NCBI GenBank assembly: GCA_000165425.1
Contig: CT868047.1
Coordinates: 1-64,000, forward strand
Direction of reading: 5' to 3'
DNA length: 64,000 nucleotides
DNA from: Paramecium tetraurelia
Lineage: Eukaryota
Made by a program: the position numbers and the translations under genes. Under the pieces are notes generated by a model. That model was not told the origin of the DNA, searched no databases, and worked only from the letters and a program-made list of their open reading frames with translations. Positions 51,907-64,000 of the stretch are shown here, one piece after another; the first letter of the stretch is position 1; every line of letters starts with the position of its first letter.

Positions 51907-52154
51907 TTTGTTTTTTTTATATTCCACTCCACTCCAACATTTAATCCAAGTCTTCTGCTATTTAATAATTATTCATAATTCCATATTTACTCTTATGAGT
52001 AAAACTCCTTTATTTTCTTTATCTTTAGGGAGTTCAAAATTATGGAATTTATTTTAGAATATATTTATTTTATTTATATTCTAATTAATCCCAGTTTATT
52101 AAATAGATATGAATGAATGTTTTGTATATATTGAATGGATTATTGTCAATATGT

Positions 52155-52999
<845 letters not shown>

Positions 53000-53288
53000 A
53001 ATTAAATTATTTAATTAGAGTGTATAAACTTACTAGATTTGAAAACTAAATAAAATTGATTATAATATACAATTTATATTAATAAAATATATGACCAAAT
53101 AACATACTTTGAATTATTTTTAGAATTTAATCAAAATATTATGAATTTAGATAAATAGTTGATTGTTTTTATTTATGAAAAATCTTGTAGAAAGTGGAAT
53201 TCATACTTTAATAGTCTCACATTTCTGAAACTAATAATATATATTAAATCTGATTAAACATTCTTTTTGAATATTTAATTATTATTAA

Positions 53289-54648
53289 ATGTTAAGTACA
53301 TCGTAAACTAGAAGTACCACTGAAACCATATGTCGTGTGATTATTGATCAAAAATATGTTATTGTGAAAAATATTTACAAGGGACAATAGTACAACCTCT
53401 ACTTAGGTAATAAATGATGAAGTTAAAAGATAGTTAGCTATTAAAAAAGAATAGTCAGATGATATCAATTCATCCAGCCACTAAGAGAAATATTATCTGA
53501 TTAAAATGAAAAAGTATATCTCCTCATAATACCCTAGATAAACATAGTAGAACGAGGCAATCCCAGAACTTTAGTTTCTAAATAGATTAAAAGACTGTAA
53601 CGAAATCATTTCCTACTTTAGTTAATTGTGTTCCCTTTCTCATTAATCATGGGGAGTAAGTGATTAAAGGATCCAAATACCATTATCAGGTCATGGAACG
53701 TCACGGTCCTTCCATTAAACTAATATACAATTATTTATCTAGAAACATACCATTACCAATTTTATGTCTGATTGCAATTCAAGCAGTACCACCCCTATGT
53801 TATTCTAGTTGACCTGCTTAGAGATAGTTCACAAGCATTAGATAGTCCATAGGAACATAAGACCGAAAAAATTGTTGATCTCTCTAAGTGGCAATGAAAT
53901 TTTATTAAGCGATTTCAAGTATGCTTGTAGATTTAAAAAATAATATGGATCGCTGATGGTAAACGAAAACTATAAATTAAACTCAAACAAACTATTTCTA
54001 AACAAATATTCAAGTGTCAATCAGCATCTTAACCAAGGTAATCAGTAAATATATTTTAAAGTTCCAACACCCAAAGACGACCTTGAATCTCTAGCCTACA
54101 TTCTACTTATGTATGCCTCCAATTCCACTGTATTCTAAGTTAAAGCTGAGAACAAGGCACTTAAACTCAAAAAGTAAGAGAGCATTAAATTGTCAATTAT
54201 TCCTGAAATCGTCTTTAAATAAGCTCCTCTTGAATTCATTCATTTCCTCCATCTAGTGAAGACCAGTAATGCTAACGACTATCCCTAAGATTATGAGAAA
54301 TTTAAGCAACTATTTAGAAAAATCATTTAGCTTAGTGGGTATACTGAAAGAGATCTCTCTTACCCTCTGTTTCATATGAATTTACAAGAAAATACATAAC
54401 AATAACAATTTCATAGTTAAACTAGCAAGTTTAAGAAAATGCAACACCAAAAAATGAGTTCAGAATCAATCAAAGAAGAAGAAGCAGATGATGAGATGTC
54501 TGTATATCAAACGGAAAAAGTGGGTGAAGACAGAACTATTGAACCATTGATTAAAGGATTGGCAACAAAGTAATTTAAACATATTTCTTTTTTAAATTAA
54601 CCTTAAGCTGCATCATAAATTGTAAAACTTAAATTTACTAAGAAATGA
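53289..54648 (+). CDS. Casein kinase 1-like pseudokinase
   Basis: CK1 landmarks (VMERHGPSI, YSSVNQHL, PKDDLESLAYIL) but the catalytic loop reads HRNIRPKK, DFG reads DFK, and there is no GxGxxG. Confidence 0.78.
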
Positions 54649-54876
54649 TTCTTTTGATATAATATATATGTTTTTTTCTCAATTTTCCTTTTATTAATAA
54701 TAATATGTATATATTGTGCAAAATTAGAATTATTAAGAATTCATTTAAATTTAGGTTACAAATTGAAATCTCAGAATTCAGAATATTGTAAACCTCTCTA
54801 AGGAGGAATCGTTCATTCTTTAAGTATTAGACGTAGTTCAATTATATCTACATAGAAAAATAGAAAAATTAATTAT

Positions 54877-55620
54877 TCACATGGTTCTTCTGTAAAATTC
54901 ATAGGCTTGTTTAACCAACACTTGATTGTAGGGCTGTACTTTTTAAAGGAGATTTTTGAGAGAGATTTCACAACATCCAGCATTTTCAGAAATCACATTT
55001 AAATTTATGCCACCCTTCTCTTGGAAGATAAAATCTCCAGTCAACTTGACTAGGGCAGAGGCAATGACGTGTTCGTGTTCACCTTAAACCAAATTTTGAT
55101 TCTTTAAGGATGAGTAGTAAAATCTACATAAGGTCTGAAATTTCTGATTAAATCCAATAGCGACACATATTCTGGTCATATATTGTAGGGTAAAGGCATC
55201 TTGATCAAAAGGTTTGATTTAATTGAGTTGGATCAATATCTTGCGCACTTGTTTTTCATCACAATTTAAAGTTTAAGTTATTTCTTTAATTCTCAATGGG
55301 ATTAAAAGAATTCTCAAAGATTAAATAATCAATGCGCAAGCTATTGATTAATATTTTTTTGATTTTACTTTCTCATTTACAGAATTATTTAAGAGATCAA
55401 CACTCTATTGTTTGATGTTCTCAATATTTATTCCATTTAAAAGATTGCTATGAGTTAATTTAGCAAGCATCTCATCAACCAACAGTATGACTTATTTTTA
55501 CCTTCTTTTATCTGATTTCTAAAGAGTTATTTGTGGTTTCGTATCATCTGAAGATGAATTATCGTAAATATTCCAATTGAATTTTGGAGGTGGAGGTCTT
55601 TAATTAATATTGCAATTCAT
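54877..55620 (-). CDS. TFIIB-like protein (two cyclin-fold repeats), no N-terminal zinc ribbon, ~247 aa
   Basis: SIACALIIQSLRILLIPLRIKEITQTLNCDEKQVRKIL and YMTRICVAIGF...NLVQGEHEHVIASALVKL...ISENAGCCEISLKNLL match TFIIB core repeats 1 and 2; intronless. Confidence 0.65.
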
Positions 55621-55829
55621 TTTTTAATTTATTAAAATTTAATAGGGTTAATTCGATTTGTATTTTGATAATTAAATAATGTTTGATCAGAAAGTAACAG
55701 TTAAATTTGTATAGAGTAAATACAATAGATGTGGAATTTTAAACAATTCAAATTAAATAAAGAAGGTAAAGATAACAATTTAAAAGAGTTACGTTTAATT
55801 AACCGTCAGTCATTAATATTAATTATATA

Positions 55830-57379
55830 ATGGAAAATCAACGGATAATCAAAAGTGTGAAATCTGCTACTTCCTTAAATTCCAAATAGTCTACCAAAAT
55901 TATCCAATGTAATTCTAAAGTAACACATCAAATAGAACCAAATGTGCTCATTCAGCAACATCCAACACAAATAGGACAGCACTCTGCTTAATAAAACATA
56001 CCTCCAATTCCTCTCAAGTAAGTGAACAACATATTGCCAACAAGAGAAACTCCAATTTTTAAGCAAACTCAAGAAGAACGATACTCTAACACCAAGTATA
56101 AAATCATAGACATTCTAAATTAGAGATGCCACATGTTTAATGGCTAAATTAGATTCACTTAGAGAAATCAAGTCAGCAGATAGTCCCATACGAAGTCATG
56201 TCTCCCCCATCCCTTCTACATTATGGAGTGTTGTGGTTCCCACTAAAAATAATGCTACTAAACCCTAACTGTTATAATAAGTTGCTTCTTCTAGTTGTGT
56301 AGAACCATTTAAAACATATAACAATAATAAGAATGTTAATCAAACTTAATAGTTAAGCTAAACACTTCCACAAAAAAAAACTTATGAAACTATGATCTAA
56401 TAACTCATGAATGAATAAGAATTTTTAGTTAAATAATATAATGATAAAATTAAAATACTAGAATAGAAAACTCAGGAGCTTTCAAAACAAAATAATAATT
56501 TAGTTGAATAAAATCAATTATTTTTGGATTAAAACCTATAATTAAAGAATGAAGTAACTATATTTCAATAAAAACAATATTAAATCAATTATGAGTATTT
56601 AAATGAAGATACATTAAAAACTGTTTTACTTTTGGAACAACAATTGGAGTAAAAGAAGGAAGAACTAAAATAATTGATATAAAATATGGATGAAATCCTC
56701 TCGATTAACTAAAAAACAGAAGAAAAAAATAATGAACTTTCATAATAAATAAGTAATATCCTGTAATAGAAGGATAGAGAAATTAATGCTTATTTCACTC
56801 AGATCAATACATATAAGTAAACTATCTAAGAGCTTGAATTAAAAATTGCATAATTAATCTAAAGTGATTAAATACAACAATAAATATTGAAGGAGGCTTA
56901 GACCAAAATAACATTTCTTGAACAATCAGACAAAAATAAACAGGGTTCATAGCTTTCATCATAATAGTTAAAAGTAAAATATATGTATATTAAATTAGTT
57001 CAATGTAAAAGAATCATTTGAATACAAACAATTAGTTTTAGAATTGGATAGTAAATGTGTTACAATTACAGAAAAAGAGAATTAAATTGAAACGTTAAAG
57101 ATTAAAAACTAAATGGTTTAATAGTAATTGGCTTAAATGTAAACATGCTAGGTTACTAATAAAGATCATCAAGAAGCTTTGAGATAAAAGGAAACAGAAA
57201 ATGATGATTTGAGATCTTAATTGATTAGTAAAGATGAGGAAATCGAAAGATTAAATTAACAATTAAAATTTGTAAGGAAAGAGAAAGCTAAATTATCCAT
57301 AAATTTAATGAATGCTGGAATGGCTAATCTTGTGATGTTATCTTAAAGCCAATTTTAATAGGATGAGATTACTGCTTGA
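55830..57379 (+). CDS. Gln/Glu/Lys-rich coiled-coil protein
   Basis: Long open frame in code 6 with one intron near 56975-56998; heptad-rich C-terminal two thirds. Confidence 0.7.
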
Positions 57380-57408
57380 TTAAAACATACTTATAAAAAC
57401 AATAACTA

Positions 57409-58155
57409 TCAAATACCAGTTAAAATATCATATTCAAATTCACAATCTATCTAATCCAAATTGCTATTTGCTATATAACCTACTCCATGTTTTTTACCAT
57501 TTTAAAAGCTCCCTTTATAATGAATTCCTTCCAAATTGTAAAATAATGTTCCCTGGCCTTCCGGCTTTCCATCCACTATCTAACCCGTATAATATAATTT
57601 GCTATCTTGTTGTATTTCATTTGCATTGACATTGATGACTTCTCCTTCATATTTTTTGAGCAATTGTAAAATTTCCTCAATAAATGCATTTTTCTTTTCA
57701 ACATCTGAATTTAATTGCAATTATTAATTAGGCCTTTGTTTTTATGATCCTTGTTTGATCACTTCCTATAATATTTCAATATCGTCTTCTATTGTCGAAT
57801 ATACTTGAAGGACCTTGATAACATTTTTTTAGGAAATTTGGAGTTCAAAATGTTGTCGATGATAAAATGGGACATTATCGTACGCTTATAAAGTCTTGAT
57901 TCCTGAGATTCTGCAATTTTGGATAGACATTTTGGTTATAGCATTTGAACTTTCCAATTTAGAGATTATCTATGTAAATTCATTTAATACATCTATATCG
58001 CTATTACTATTTTTAATATAATAGTTTAATTGTGCAAGATTTGATAGATAATACATAGTGCCATAAGAGTCAACAAAGAAATATGATATTTTGAAGGTCT
58101 TGTTTTTTTTTCTTTGTTTTGTAAAAAAACCTGTCATCTGTGTTAAACTTGCCAT
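57409..58155 (-). CDS. PH-like domain plus C-terminal MORN repeats, ~248 aa
   Basis: MTGFFTKQRKKNKTFKISYFFVDSYGTMYY (PH beta1-beta3 pattern); YYTGQIVDGKPEGQGTL and HYKGSFQNGKKHGVG. Confidence 0.68.
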
Positions 58156-58185
58156 TTAATTACAAATTATAATATAATAATATTA

Positions 58186-59169
58186 TCACATACTCACTTT
58201 CATCATTATTGGATTGTCTATTATTGTGAATTGTTTTGCTCGATTCTTTTCTAAGTCCAATCATATTGATAATCCATTACGAATCGTTGCTTTTGAAATA
58301 GATCTCGAAAGAGTTGTCTACAATAATCATAATCTGGTTTGTCTGTAAACTACAAATTTCTACAATATTTGAGATATTATTAGAATTCTATTGGAGTCCC
58401 TGCACATAGCAATTCAATACTAGTGGCTATCTTCGATTCCATGATCCTTTCATACTTGTCCTTTTTGTTATTATTTTTTAAATTCTGCCAAGGCAACGTC
58501 CCTTTCAAGAAATATATTAAAACATATCCAATGCTTTCCAAATCATCCCTTCTACTTTGTTCTAATCCAAGATGAGTATTGATGGATGCGTACCTTGCAG
58601 TGCCTGTCAAATTCTTTTTCTCCCTATACGGAATGTGAGACCCATCCCTTGTAATAAATCGTTTAGCTAGCCCAAAATCAATCATAAATAAGGTCTGTGC
58701 CCTTTTCCCCAATCCCATCAAGAAATTATCAGGCTTAATATCTCTATGTAGAAAATCCTTTGAGTGAATGAATTCCACTCTGGTTATCATCTAATCAACC
58801 AACATGAGCACAGTCTTCAAGGAGAACTTTCTTTGACATTGTGTGAGCAACTCTTCAAGAGAGGGTCCCAATAAATCCATCACCATAATATTATAATCCC
58901 CCTCAGTTGAGCAATAATAGACCTGGGGAATCCCTTTTTCTACAGCAGCATTGTCCTAACTGAGATGTTAATAGAGTTTCGCTTCATAGTATAGTTGAGG
59001 ATGTTTGGCGCTTATGGGCTCTAATTTTATGGCGACCTCTATATTATTTTTAAGCTAATATGGACTTTAAATAACATTGAAGTACATTGATTCCATGAAA
59101 TATTTCTCCGAATGCTCCGCTTCCTAATTTCTTTGTTAATTTAAACGTTTTCCCTATTTTAGAATCCAT
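58186..59169 (-). CDS. CK1: Casein kinase 1
   Basis: [76 protein letters not shown]. Confidence 0.97.
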
Positions 59170-59758
59170 TATTTTGAAATAAATTAAAATATTATAAAAT
59201 AAGGCTATTACTTCATCAAGGTATCCTTAAAATTTAAAATAATTTTAAAGTATCCAGACAATTTCATCTCAACAATAGATAAAAATAATGAATTTTTCAT
59301 TTTAAAAATTACACTCGTAAATGAATGCCAAAGAATTAAGTAAATATAAAGTGGTTTTTTCATAAACTTTTAAATTATTTACCCATTTTATTTGATAAAC
59401 TGCTTAATCAAACTATTTTGTGTTTAAATACTTCTATTTAATCATTTTAATCTCAAGAATTATTTTTAAAACAGAATATATATTATAAAAATGATGTTGG
59501 GCAGTTCCATATGGTTATTGAGATTAATAAACATAATTTAATATTCATAAATGCATCAATAATTTGCAACCCCTTATTGTTATCGTATAGTTTGACTATT
59601 GAGTAGTGTTTCCGTTCTTGAATAGAGACATCGATTTATTTTAATATTGTCTCTTTATGTGATTCAATAGTAAGAATAGAACAGTATTTTGATAAGTTCA
59701 AATATTTTGTAATACTGCTTGGTGATTTGTTTATAAATTTATTTAAAATAGGAGAAAA

Positions 59759-61837
59759 ATGGATTATGATGTTGACTATTACCCTTCTTAAATCGTAGAG
59801 ACAATTGGCGATGTAACATTTAGCAGTTAATTTGATGCTGGAAATTTGAAATCTGTTAGGAAGGAATCCTACAATAAAGTAAAAGGTGTTGATTTAGAAT
59901 CTAGTATATTTTAACGATTTGCAATGACACAGGAATAAATGGGAAGAGTGCAACATACCGGACTTGGTTTTATTTTTCAGTGGAGGGAATGGATAATGCA
60001 AGTTTAGTTACATTTGTTATATCGAATATGCAAAATTAAGTAGTAATGAAAAACAATTTGAGATTGGTCTGTTCAAGGATGGGATGCAACCTGTATTTAA
60101 GACGAACAATGAGTGGCAAAGAGTGAGGTATCCTTGTCAGTACCGTTTGTTACCAGATGGGTTGTTTGAAGTTACATTCCAGCATCTATTCTAAAGCAAT
60201 CAGAAGGTGTACTTCGCCTTCACATATCCATGGTCAAACCAAGACAGTGAAGTATCAATTGGCAATATGTAGCAATTCATAAACTAAATGATGTAATAAG
60301 GCAGGCAGTAGATCAAAGATCTCTATATAAAATTGAATGTGTTGGGATATTCCAAAGAGAGAAGGCCAATCCATTTGTTAACCATTACGAGTAATAACAA
60401 TTCCACAAATAAAGTGGAGGATCCAATCAATAACGTGTTTCCTGAGGCATCCGAAAGTCGTCCTATAGTGTAAAATCTATGAATGGATGAATTTAGATTC
60501 AAGAAGAAATACATATTCATTTCGGCCAGAGTCCACCCAGGAGAACTACCAGGATCACATGTGTTGAATGGGATAATCAAGTTCTTGTTGAATCCGAATG
60601 ACAAGGCAGCAGAAGTAGCTAGAAATGAGTTTGTTTGGGTCATTGTTCCAATAATAAATCCTGATGGAGTATACAGAGGGCATTACAGAACGGATTCGCT
60701 GTGCCAAAATCTTAATCGTTACTATCTGAATCCAAGTCTGAATGACCATCCTACCATTTTTGCAATCAAAGAATACATATTAAGACTGCACAACACAGAT
60801 AGATTCTATGCCTACATCGATCTCCATGCTCATGCAGGTCATAAGGGAATCTTCATATTTGGAAATCAATTGCCAAATCTGCATATGCACACACAGAATT
60901 GTCTCATCCCTAAATTATTGACTCTCTATTCAGAAATCTTTGATTATGATGGATGCAATTTCACTGAAAAAAATATGTATTCAGCTGACAAAGGAGATGG
61001 ATTAAGCAAAGAGGGAAGTGGAAGAGTGGCTCTATACAAAGAAACCAACATCATCTATTCTTATACTGTGGAATGCAATTACAATTCTGGCAAGATTACC
61101 AATCTATTACCTAAATCTAGTTATCTCTCAGATTAGGAAGGTTTAATTGTTCATATCATATCTAGACATTTATTATACCTATGGGAATGAATAAATTGAT
61201 GATTAGATTGTCTTGGGAATACCATAGCAGACCACTACCAATAAGACATACTTCTATACCATTAATGATTATGAGCAAGTTGGCCAAGGCATTATCATGG
61301 CTCTTCTTGATGTCAACTTACTTAATCCTTGCAGCAGAATACCTGACTCGCAATTTAAGACTTTAGCCAATCTTAAATCGTTTCTTGCTTACAACATCAT
61401 GAAAGTCATGCATTTCAGATTTGAACCATATCTAAGAAAAGTCCTTAAGTATTTCATCTTCTCTAATCTATAGGAATATTAACAACAAAGAAAATATACC
61501 AAGGACTTTGAAGTCTTTCTATGATTACATTAAAAGTAATCAAATCAGAGACAATTTAGAATAAAATGAATAACAATAAACCAAATAGCAATTTCCCAGG
61601 AAACCTGTATAATAAGAATTAAAACTATAAAAACAGACACTCCAATTGTAGTCTTAAAAGTTAGAAAAACTACCTGAAATATAGAAGAAGTCTATTGAAT
61701 AAAGGCAAGTCTCTCAGGAGAATACTAAGAATAGAAATACATCTGAAGGGAAAACATAACCACTCTAATAATAATTTTAAAAATAGTATAAGTCCTTCAG
61801 AATCACCAAGAATTGTGCAAAAGCTACCCAATAATGA
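59759..61837 (+). CDS. AGBL5: Cytosolic carboxypeptidase, CCP5/AGBL5 type (tubulin deglutamylase, M14)
   Basis: FDAGNL, RTWFYF, FAFTYPWS, ARVHPGE, NPDGVYRGHYRTD, NLNR, DLHAH, SKEGSGRVALY, YTVECNYNSG. Confidence 0.88.
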
Positions 61838-61993
61838 TGATGATCAATATTATATACCTATAAGTTTTATTATGATATTCTTTTCAGTTTATTATAGGAT
61901 TCTTAGACCCCATTATTGAAAGAGTCATTCAATTCTTTATAATTACTTTAGCTAAGGAGTCAAATAAATTTAAAAACAACATAAAATATTAAA

Positions 61994-62953
61994 TCATTTT
62001 TTCCAGATGGAGGATATGGATAAATAATCAAGGAGTAAGGTAGGATAATAAGATTTAAGAGTATCAAAATCAAAATAGCAAACCTATTCATCATTATCTT
62101 TACATTTGAATACAAGTAATTTGTTTTACATAAGATGATGAGAGATGATGCATTCTATTCGAATTTTGCCATCACTTACCTAACACTTAGAATTCTTATC
62201 ATAATACTTTTGATTCAGTAAATTAAACTTTGGTAAATCCGTATATTGACTTTTATATCCAGGTGGTAAGGAAGCTTGTGGTTTGTAAATAAAGACTTCA
62301 TCATCTCTTCTTTTCTTTTATTCCTTCTTCCTAATTACAGTTAACATCTCTTAAATGAATTCTTTTTCTGTTTTGTAATGGCCATATTTAAAGCTGCATT
62401 CTGTATTTTGTAATGGATACTATTTTTGTAAATACTTCTATGATTCTATTTTGTAGTCATTCTTATAAGAAAGGAATTCTCTATCAGATTCACTCTTCCT
62501 TGGTCGCCCTCTGCCTCTTCTTATGTAAAATTCATAATCTTCTTTATCATCATATCTATCTATAAAATGTGTTTGAATCGAAATGCTATCCTAATTTTTG
62601 TAATGGTTAGTTTCTGGTAAGAGTTTATAATTCTATCCATTGGTTTGGCCTAGGAGAGCATATTTGTTTTCAGATGTGTATTTCCTATACACTTGACAAC
62701 CTTTGTGCATGATGTGAACTCTAATTTTAATATGGCTATTTGCTTTGTAAATTTTAGTATGATAATTTTTATAATTTTGGCATCTTTCAAATCTGGTGAT
62801 CAATTAATTCGAAATTCCCTCAAATGCAGTTTCTGGTTCCCAAGTTGATTCCTATTTTGAATATCCTACCCATTTAATATAGTATTCAAAGCTGTTTTGA
62901 TATCTTTTGCCGTGAACAAATTCGACATCGAATTGTTATTATTGAAATTCCAT
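61994..62953 (-). CDS. HP1-like protein: chromodomain - AT-hook - chromoshadow-like domain, ~319 aa
   Basis: FDVEFVHGKRYQNSFEYYIKWVGYSKQESTWEPE (chromo, aromatic cage F/W/Y); RRGRGRPRK (AT-hook); IECIISHHLMQNKLLVFKCKDNDEQVCYFDFDTLKSYYPTLLLDYL...W (chromoshadow-like). An out-of-frame ATG lies 37 nt upstream, so the start is slightly uncertain. Confidence 0.8.
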
Positions 62954-63033
62954 GTTGTAAATAGTTACTAAATGGTTCCTTTATTTCCATGATTATTTTA
63001 ATAAGAATAATTAATATATAATATATATATAGA

Positions 63034-64000
63034 TCATTTAGGTTTTTTATCCTTTTTGGGTGGGACTACTACTGAAGGTTTGTCTTCTTAAGCTCTTGAT
63101 TTGACTTGTTGTCTGACTTCATCCATATCTTTGCAATCTTCATCTGAACTGTCCTCCTCCTTATATACAAATTTGATGTTCGTTTCGCCATTCTCATTGA
63201 TTTCTTGAGAGATGTAACTCTACAATAGAGAGAAAGATTACCTTTGGATTGAGACAAATAAAATCTTCAACTTTGTTATATCTGGGATTAGTATTAATGG
63301 ACTCTTCATTAAGAAATTCCTAAGTTTTGGACAAGACAGTGAGCATTCTCTCAAGTCTCAGTTGAATGGTGGATGCAGTAGCAACCAAAGCATGTCTCTT
63401 AATTTCGATATTCTTGGGTTTCAGTCCCTTGCCACTCAATTGATACATGATTCTTGACAATGACATGGTGACTTCATCAATAGACTTTTCAACCTTTTTG
63501 ACTGACTTCTCCTTTTCTTAGAGTAGATCCTATTATTTGGTGACTTCTCTTTCTTATTCATCCAAATTGATTTAGGCATCCAAAATAGAATTCTCCTATT
63601 CATATTTCAATTTTTTGATTTCAGCCCTTAATTCCTCATTTTGTCTTTCATATCTTTCGATTTCCTTGCCTACATATTCTTAGATGTTTTTCAATTCCTG
63701 CTAATCTAAATCCATATTGAGTTTGTACTTCTGCATGTCTTCCTAACTAGCAATGCTGGTGACTACTCTCAATTTTTGAAACATTTATTTCTACATTATT
63801 CACATACTTACTTTCTTTTCCAATTCCTATTGAATATCATTTTTTTATTTATTGATATTTTGAGTGGCATTCTCAATAGCCAATTTAGCCTTATCCTTTT
63901 ATTCACCCTTCTTCTTCTTTTCATTCTCCTCCTTGATGGCAATGATCTTCTTCTCCCCCTATTACACAATTTCCAATGCTTATAGATCACCACATTTTGA
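63034..64000 (-). CDS. Coiled-coil protein, 5' end outside window; possibly outer dynein arm docking complex (CCDC151/ODAD-like)
   Basis: Continuous charged heptads (MFQKLRVVTSIASQED...NEELRAEIKKLKYE) and an acidic C-terminal patch (EEDSSDED); two short introns; family assignment tentative. Confidence 0.55.

Overview
This is AT-rich, gene-dense eukaryotic DNA from a ciliate macronuclear chromosome, most likely Paramecium. The evidence: TAA/TAG read as Gln, TGA is the only stop, introns are 20-33 nt GT..AG, intergenic gaps are often under 100 bp, and a CCCAAA telomere-like remnant sits at base 1. The supplied standard-code ORF track is therefore fragmented; genes were re-read by eye with genetic code 6, so boundaries may be off by a few codons. 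About 34 protein genes can be supported. The standout is a ~15.5-kb gene (6772-22327, ~5,130 aa) encoding SPRY, UBA and NZF zinc-finger modules, a long BIRC6-like body, a BIRC6/BRUCE-type E2 (UBC) domain and, fused in frame at the C-terminus, a complete E1 enzyme with UBA6-like signature residues. It may be a self-contained ubiquitin activation/conjugation(/ligation) cascade in one polypeptide. Other notable genes: a bacterial-type D-Ala-D-Ala carboxypeptidase (S11), a MYND-finger/PDK1-like kinase fusion, an HP1-like chromo/AT-hook/chromoshadow protein, a TFIIB-like core without a zinc ribbon, a divergent TFIIIC tau95, a CK1 pseudokinase and an H1-like basic protein. The rest are ciliary and housekeeping genes (DNAI2-type dynein IC, EF-hand repeat protein, CCP5, TPI, two Rabs, CK1, VPS8-like).
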